NCBI RefSeq assembly: GCF_000354175.2
Contig: NC_022349.1
Coordinates: 3,302,468-3,334,467, forward strand
Origin: Vibrio alginolyticus NBRC 15630 = ATCC 17749
GTDB taxonomy: Bacteria; Pseudomonadota; Gammaproteobacteria; Enterobacterales; Vibrionaceae
Length of the DNA stretch: 32,000 bases
Direction of reading: 5' to 3'
Below, piece by piece: positions 27,382 through 32,000 of the stretch (within the stretch, counting starts at the first letter, position 1; every line of letters starts with the position of its first letter). The translations under genes were made by a program, and so were the position numbers. The notes under the pieces are model-generated. The model made no database searches and was not told where the DNA came from. It was given only the letters and a program-made list of their open reading frames with translations.

Positions 27382-28051
27382 ATCCGAATAAACGACGGCG
27401 AAGGCCTTTTTCCAGTAAAGCCATTACTAACCCACCGAGTGCGCCAAACATATGAGCATCAATAGCAACGTTTGCACCGATAAGCTCAGCAGTACTGCTG
27501 GATGGGCCATAGACCTGCTCCCATGCTACTTTGGCGATTAGCCCTCCGACTAACAACACACTGCTTCTTCTGCTTTCAAAGACTTCTCTGAGCGCCCAAA
27601 ATCCAAACAATCCGTGTAATACGCCGGATAAACCCACGTATACCGACATGTTGGTAAACAAATTCAGCGCACCAACACATGCACATAAGATTGAAAAAAC
27701 GATAAGGAAGTTACGAGTGCTTGGGCGAAAAATAAAAGTAATGATCCACAATCCGGCGAGGTTCATTCCTAAGTGCGCAAAGTTGGTATGTGTGAGATTT
27801 CCTGTTACGATTCGCCACCATTCACCATGGCGTATATTGTAGCTGTGCCACTCGGTTAGGCTTGCCATTGGTTCAAATTGAAGTATCAAACAGATCACGC
27901 TGATAATACTCAGCAAGGTATAAAGGTTCACTCTATGTCTCGTTATTGTTCTCGTTGTGGAAAATCGCAAAAAGCGTGTATTTGCCAATGGATTGTACCG
28001 CTGGCAAGCGAGGTAGAACTTATCATTCTTCAGCACACGAGTGAAGAACAT
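27380..28051 (-). CDS. rrtA: Rhomboid-family intramembrane serine protease, probable rhombosortase (GlyGly-CTERM processing enzyme); start uncertain (ATG 28051 or GTG 27931)
   Basis: This is a minimal 6-TM rhomboid with no extra domains. It has the WR motif EWWRIVTGNLTHTNFAHLGMNLAGL, the catalytic Ser in GLSGVLHG and the catalytic His in AHMFGALGG. Its size (183-223 aa) and the GlyGly-CTERM protein in the same window fit the rhombosortase subfamily. Confidence 0.7.
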   Translation of the reverse strand: MFFTRVLKNDKFYLACQRYNPLANTRFLRFSTTRTITRHRVNLYTLLSIISVICLILQFEPMASLTEWHSYNIRHGEWWRIVTGNLTHTNFAHLGMNLAGLWIITFIFRPSTRNFLIVFSILCACVGALNLFTNMSVYVGLSGVLHGLFGFWALREVFESRRSSVLLVGGLIAKVAWEQVYGPSSSTAELIGANVAIDAHMFGALGGLVMALLEKGLRRRLFG

Positions 28052-28549
28052 CGTCCGCTTGGTACGGCACGGATTCTCAATTTGAGTTTAGATAACTGTA
28101 TTTGTTTGATAGGAGAGGACTTTTCTTGTGATGATGTCTTAAATCACTTATTAGCGGATAAGTCATATCAACATTTTGTTCTTTACCCATCAGAAGAGTC
28201 ACGATGCATTTCTGAAATCACTCAAGCGAGTCATAGTGTATCTAAGAAAATACGTTTGATTTTGCTCGATGGTACGTGGAAAAAAGCGTACAAAATGTGG
28301 CAACTCTCAAGCAACTTACATTCATTCCCAACCGTGCAGTTGCCTAAGCAACTACAAGGGCACTACACCATTCGTAAGGCGCCCTCTGAGAATAGCTTAT
28401 CGACAGTCGAGGCTGGTTATCATTCGCTTCGCTTGCTTGAACCCGAGCGAGACTTTACACCGCTGATGCGTGCCTTTGAAAAGATGATCGAATTCCAAAT
28501 CGCCCAGATGCCTCCGGGCGTTTTTGAAAAGAATTACTTGAAAGGTTGA
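27935..28549 (+). CDS. DTW-domain protein (tRNA-uridine aminocarboxypropyl (acp3U) transferase family, TapT/YfiP-like)
   Basis: The start is chosen at ATG 27935 (MSRYCSRCGKSQKACICQW is the typical N-terminal Cys cluster) with an AAAGG SD 8 nt upstream. The DTW motif is present in LILLDGTWKKAYKM. The ORF-track start at 27878 adds 19 residues with no SD. Confidence 0.8.
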   Translation: MSRYCSRCGKSQKACICQWIVPLASEVELIILQHTSEEHRPLGTARILNLSLDNCICLIGEDFSCDDVLNHLLADKSYQHFVLYPSEESRCISEITQASHSVSKKIRLILLDGTWKKAYKMWQLSSNLHSFPTVQLPKQLQGHYTIRKAPSENSLSTVEAGYHSLRLLEPERDFTPLMRAFEKMIEFQIAQMPPGVFEKNYLKG

Positions 28550-28555
28550 GTGTTA

Positions 28556-29878
28556 CTAAAGAACGATGGAAGAGAAAAGTTGGCGGTGTAGCTTTTGCGC
28601 GTGACCATCGGTCATTGCAGAAATATAATCGGCGATGACCCTCATCTTATTGCTCTCGCTCTTCGCCTGACACCACAGATCTTTTGTATGAACGGGTAGT
28701 AATCGCTCTGGGTCTGCTGTTAACGCTTCAAAAATATCCATAATAATTTGCTGACCCTTATACTCAACGATCTGGACCTGCGGGACTTGGATAACGAAGG
28801 TGCTGACAAAGTGCTTGAGTACGTCAAGTGCACGTGCCATCTGTGGTTCTAAACACGCATTCCAAGACAGTAACGGGTTATTAAACGGCTCATCCACCGC
28901 TTTGATTGAAATGCTGGTCAGTAGCGCGTTAACCATACCACCGATGGCATCTTTCCGCTCATGGTGCTTACCGCTAAATAGCATCTGTCCGATGGAATCG
29001 ATATGAGCTTCAAACCACGGGTCGCCACAGTCCACTAATTGACTTGCTGCGCCTTCTTGCCATTGCTGACGTGTCACCATACCAAGTACGATTGCATCTT
29101 CTAAATCATGAACACCGTAGGCGATATCATCTGCTAACTCCATGATTGAGCAATCGAGTGATTTAAAACGCGTTTTACTGTGCTCAAACTCCGATTCTGG
29201 CGTTGAACGCATCAGACTAAGCAATGCCTTGTCGTTGTCAGAAAGCGGTGCAATTACCCAATCAAATAAGTCTTTATCACAATCATAAATGCCTTTAGCT
29301 GGGCTCCAATCTTTTGCTTTTAGTTTACGTTGATGCTCGGCTGGTTGAGGCAACTTGACGGAGCGTGTTTGACTAATGAGGGCAGGGTACTTAATCAAAC
29401 CAAGCAGTGTGCGGCGTGATAAATTCATTCCGAAATGCTCGGTATAAGGCTCTAACTTAGTGACGATACGAAAGGTTTGGGCGTTCCCCTCGAAGCCGCC
29501 ATGTTCGCGCATTACGTAGTTTAGAGCGACTTCTCCCCCATGACCGTATGGAGGATGCCCGATGTCGTGAGCCAAACATAATGAATCAATTAAGCTGTCT
29601 GATGGTAATAGTTCACGGAACTCTGGTTGTTTTTTCTTTAACTGGGCGACGATACCGGTCCCGAGTTGCGACGCTTCTAAGGAGTGCGTTAACCGACTGC
29701 GGTGAAAGTCTTCCAAGCTATTGCCGTGTACTTGGGTTTTTGCTTGTAGGCGTCGAAATGCAGCCGAGTGAAGAATGCGCGCTCGGTCTCGTTGGTACGG
29801 GCTCCGATGGTCGTCTCGACGGATTTTATGCTCATCATCATGGCGCTCTTGCCATTGCGGGTGTAATTCAAACGACAC
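28556..29878 (-). CDS. dGTPase-like deoxynucleoside triphosphate triphosphohydrolase (HD domain, Dgt family type 2)
   Basis: 440 aa with a GTG start preceded by GGAG, 6 nt upstream. It has the family N-terminus (YQRDRARILHSAAFRRLQAKTQV), HD metal ligands (SRLTHSLE..., LAHDIGHPPYGHGGE) and the C-terminal ADYISAMTD. Confidence 0.85.
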   Translation of the reverse strand: MSFELHPQWQERHDDEHKIRRDDHRSPYQRDRARILHSAAFRRLQAKTQVHGNSLEDFHRSRLTHSLEASQLGTGIVAQLKKKQPEFRELLPSDSLIDSLCLAHDIGHPPYGHGGEVALNYVMREHGGFEGNAQTFRIVTKLEPYTEHFGMNLSRRTLLGLIKYPALISQTRSVKLPQPAEHQRKLKAKDWSPAKGIYDCDKDLFDWVIAPLSDNDKALLSLMRSTPESEFEHSKTRFKSLDCSIMELADDIAYGVHDLEDAIVLGMVTRQQWQEGAASQLVDCGDPWFEAHIDSIGQMLFSGKHHERKDAIGGMVNALLTSISIKAVDEPFNNPLLSWNACLEPQMARALDVLKHFVSTFVIQVPQVQIVEYKGQQIIMDIFEALTADPERLLPVHTKDLWCQAKSESNKMRVIADYISAMTDGHAQKLHRQLFSSIVL

Positions 29879-29893
29879 GATTATCTCCGTAAG

Positions 29894-30478
29894 CTAACTG
29901 ATTTCATCTAACGATAATTCGAAACTTGGGGCAAAGGTATTGAGAAAGTAATCCATTTCAGGCGTTCTGCGTTCTTGCAAAGTGACGTCTAAGCGTTTTT
30001 TTGCCAGAGCGAACTCATGGTTGCCGGCGCTTAGTTCTTCGAGACATTTTAAATAGGCACAGATGGAATCGGCTTGCTTAACGATTTTTGCGTCCTCTTC
30101 ATGTGCAGAGTGAGAAAGAAGATAGGGGGCAAAATCATCTCGGAACTCTTCCGGTAACATTGAGAGTAATTTTTGCTCCGCTGCCGATTCTATCTTCTTA
30201 TATTCTTTGGCAATTTCAGGGTTGTAATACTTCACTGGAGTCGGAAGATCACCCGTTAATACTTCACTGGAGTCATGGTACATGGCAAGAATCGCGATGC
30301 GTTCTGGATTAAGGTTGCCGCCGAACTTTTTGTTTTTAATGAGGGCAAGGGCATGAGCGACAAAAGCAACTTGTAAGCTATGCTCTGAAACGTTTTCTGG
30401 TGAGACGGACCGCATTAAAGGCCAGCGTTGGATCAGCTTCATTCGAGCCAGGTGGGCGAAAAAATGGCTTTCTTTCAT
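29894..30478 (-). CDS. yfbR: 5'-deoxynucleotidase YfbR (HD domain)
   Basis: The start is chosen at ATG 30478 ([25 protein letters not shown]...), which is collinear with the E. coli YfbR N-terminus and has a GGAGA SD. It has the HD motif ([17 protein letters not shown]) and lies immediately downstream of alaA, as in E. coli. Confidence 0.9.
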   Translation of the reverse strand: MKESHFFAHLARMKLIQRWPLMRSVSPENVSEHSLQVAFVAHALALIKNKKFGGNLNPERIAILAMYHDSSEVLTGDLPTPVKYYNPEIAKEYKKIESAAEQKLLSMLPEEFRDDFAPYLLSHSAHEEDAKIVKQADSICAYLKCLEELSAGNHEFALAKKRLDVTLQERRTPEMDYFLNTFAPSFELSLDEIS

Positions 30479-30568
30479 GGCTTTCTCCGTTTCTGGTGTA
30501 AAAAAGGAACTCACTAGGAGTTCCTCTAAGCATATGAGAGATCAGCACTAATTACTACCAGTGATTCA

Positions 30569-31783
30569 TTACTGGCTGTAGGTTGATAGGAATCTTTCAA
30601 AACGTCCAATGGCGATTTCTAGATCTTCAACGTGCGGTAGTGTCACGATGCGGAAGTGGTCTGGTTTTGGCCAGTTAAAGCCGGAACCTTGCACCAGTAA
30701 GACTTTCTCTTGTTTTAAGAAATCTAAAACCATCTGTTGATCGTTCTTGATGTTGTACATTTTAGTGTCGATTTTCGGGAAGAGGTACATCGCACCCTTA
30801 GGTTTGACACAAGAAACGCCAGGAATCTGATTGATCAGTTCATACGCTCGGTTGCGCTGCTCTAACAAGCGTCCGCCAGGTAAAATCAGTTCATTGATAC
30901 TCTGGTATCCACCTAACGCGGTTTGAATGGCATGTTGCATTGGTACGTTTGCACATAAACGCATCGATGAAAGCAGCTCCAAGCCATTCACGTACCCTTG
31001 AGCCAGATGTTTAGGCCCCGTTAAGAACATCCAGCCACCACGGAAACCACAAACACGGTAGGCTTTTGAAAGGCCATTGAATGTCATGACTAGCACGTCT
31101 TCAGTGAGTGTGGCGACTGAGGTATGTGTTGCACCGTCGTACAACACTTTGTCGTAGATCTCATCTGCGAAAATGATCAGTTTGTGCTGGCGTGCTATCT
31201 CAATCACTTCAAGTAGGAAGTCACGGCTGTATACCGCACCTGTCGGGTTGTTCGGGTTGATCAGAACAATGCCACGTGTCTTTGGTGTGATTTTCTTTTT
31301 GATGTCTTCAAGGTCTGGGTACCAGTCAGCTTCTTCATCACATAGATAATGAACCGGCTTACCACCAGATAGTGCAACTGAAGCTGTCCATAACGGATAG
31401 TCTGGTGCTGGGATCAGCATTTCGTCGCCATTGTTTAATAGCGCTTGCATGGCCATTACGATCAACTCAGACACGCCGTTACCTACATACACATCTTCGA
31501 CATCTAGCGAGCGTATACCTTTACGCTGATAGTGTTGGACCACAGCTTTACGAGCAGAGTAAATACCTTTGGAATCACAATAGCCTTGAGAAGTCGGCAG
31601 ATTACGAATCACGTCGACTAAAATCTCATCAGGGGCGTCAAAACCAAATGGGGCAGGGTTACCAATGTTTAGCTTTAGGATTTTATGCCCTTCTTCCTCC
31701 ATGCGCTTAGCATGTTTGAGTACAGGACCCCTAATGTCGTAGCAGACATTGTCGAGTTTTGACGACATCCCGATATTTTGCAT
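30569..31783 (-). CDS. alaA: Glutamate-pyruvate aminotransferase AlaA (PLP-dependent, class I)
   Basis: 404 aa, near-collinear with E. coli AlaA/YfbQ (SSKLDNVCYDIRGPVLKHAKRMEEEGHKILKLNIGNPAPFGFDAP; PLP-Lys region FNGLSKAYRVCGFR). An AGGA SD lies 8 nt upstream of ATG 31783. Confidence 0.93.
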   Translation of the reverse strand: MQNIGMSSKLDNVCYDIRGPVLKHAKRMEEEGHKILKLNIGNPAPFGFDAPDEILVDVIRNLPTSQGYCDSKGIYSARKAVVQHYQRKGIRSLDVEDVYVGNGVSELIVMAMQALLNNGDEMLIPAPDYPLWTASVALSGGKPVHYLCDEEADWYPDLEDIKKKITPKTRGIVLINPNNPTGAVYSRDFLLEVIEIARQHKLIIFADEIYDKVLYDGATHTSVATLTEDVLVMTFNGLSKAYRVCGFRGGWMFLTGPKHLAQGYVNGLELLSSMRLCANVPMQHAIQTALGGYQSINELILPGGRLLEQRNRAYELINQIPGVSCVKPKGAMYLFPKIDTKMYNIKNDQQMVLDFLKQEKVLLVQGSGFNWPKPDHFRIVTLPHVEDLEIAIGRFERFLSTYSQ

Positions 31784-32000
31784 TGTTTAATTCCTAAAAA
31801 TTCGTTAATTTCTTTATTAAAATACAATAATTTGTTTTTTATTAGAATATATATCTGTAAATAATCTGTCTGCTGGTTAGGTTTTGCTCGCTTGCTATCA
31901 CAGGATTTTGCAAAAGATCGCATACGACCTTGATTTGCTTTGGGTCTAAACTTAGAGTAGCCGTCAGTTACCATTTATCCTCACATACAACGAGGTTGAT

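Noticed and set aside
31675-31974. 99-aa minus-strand ORF spanning the alaA start region and the AT-rich upstream spacer.
   Set aside because: It overlaps the alaA 5' end out of frame and runs through an AT-rich promoter-like region. Its translation is low-complexity and Lys/Asn/Ile-rich. It is more likely the alaA regulatory region than a gene.
1-32000. Searched for a genomic island, defence island, prophage, IS element, integron cassette or CRISPR array anywhere in the window.
   Set aside because: There are no transposase, integrase, recombinase or phage structural ORFs, no tRNA or direct-repeat boundaries, and no spaced repeat arrays. Composition appears uniform by eye, and the gene order matches the conserved Vibrio dct/tig-clpPX-lon-hupB-ppiD-comEA neighbourhood as I remember it.

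Overview
This window looks like a core chromosomal segment of a Vibrio-like gammaproteobacterium. That call is inferred from gene content and order and was not checked against a database. About 25 genes are supported. In order they are: the 3' end of an FAD-dependent oxidoreductase, an orphan GH23/SLT lysozyme-like gene, a DEAD-box RNA helicase, and ktrA-ktrB (K+ uptake). Next come a 1004-aa secreted M6 (InhA-like) metalloprotease with Ig-like repeats and a GlyGly-CTERM-type tail, a polytopic membrane protein of unknown function, and selO/ydiU. The TRAP C4-dicarboxylate operon dctPQM follows, converging on its dctB-dctD sigma-54 two-component regulator. Then comes the classic proteostasis block tig-clpP-clpX-lon-hupB-ppiD, followed by comEA, a small rhomboid protease that looks like rhombosortase, and a DTW-domain tRNA-modification gene. 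The window ends with a minus-strand alaA-yfbR-dGTPase-like string. I saw no rRNA or tRNA genes, CRISPR array, transposase, integrase or prophage genes. I do not see convincing evidence for a new multi-gene system, and most of the window is ordinary housekeeping DNA. The items most worth a second look are listed here:
- the GlyGly-CTERM protease and its probable sorting enzyme, 19 kb apart;
- the signal-peptide-less orphan lysozyme-like gene with a CRP-like site;
- a small Arg/Lys-rich ORF whose stop codon sits inside a bidirectional terminator;
- the overlapping 5' ends of the divergent rhombosortase and DTW genes;
- an adjacent pair of HD-domain dNTP/dNMP hydrolases;
- a few structured non-coding spacers (hupB 3' region, tig leader, selO-dctP spacer).
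All homology statements come from motifs recognised by eye. No searches were run.
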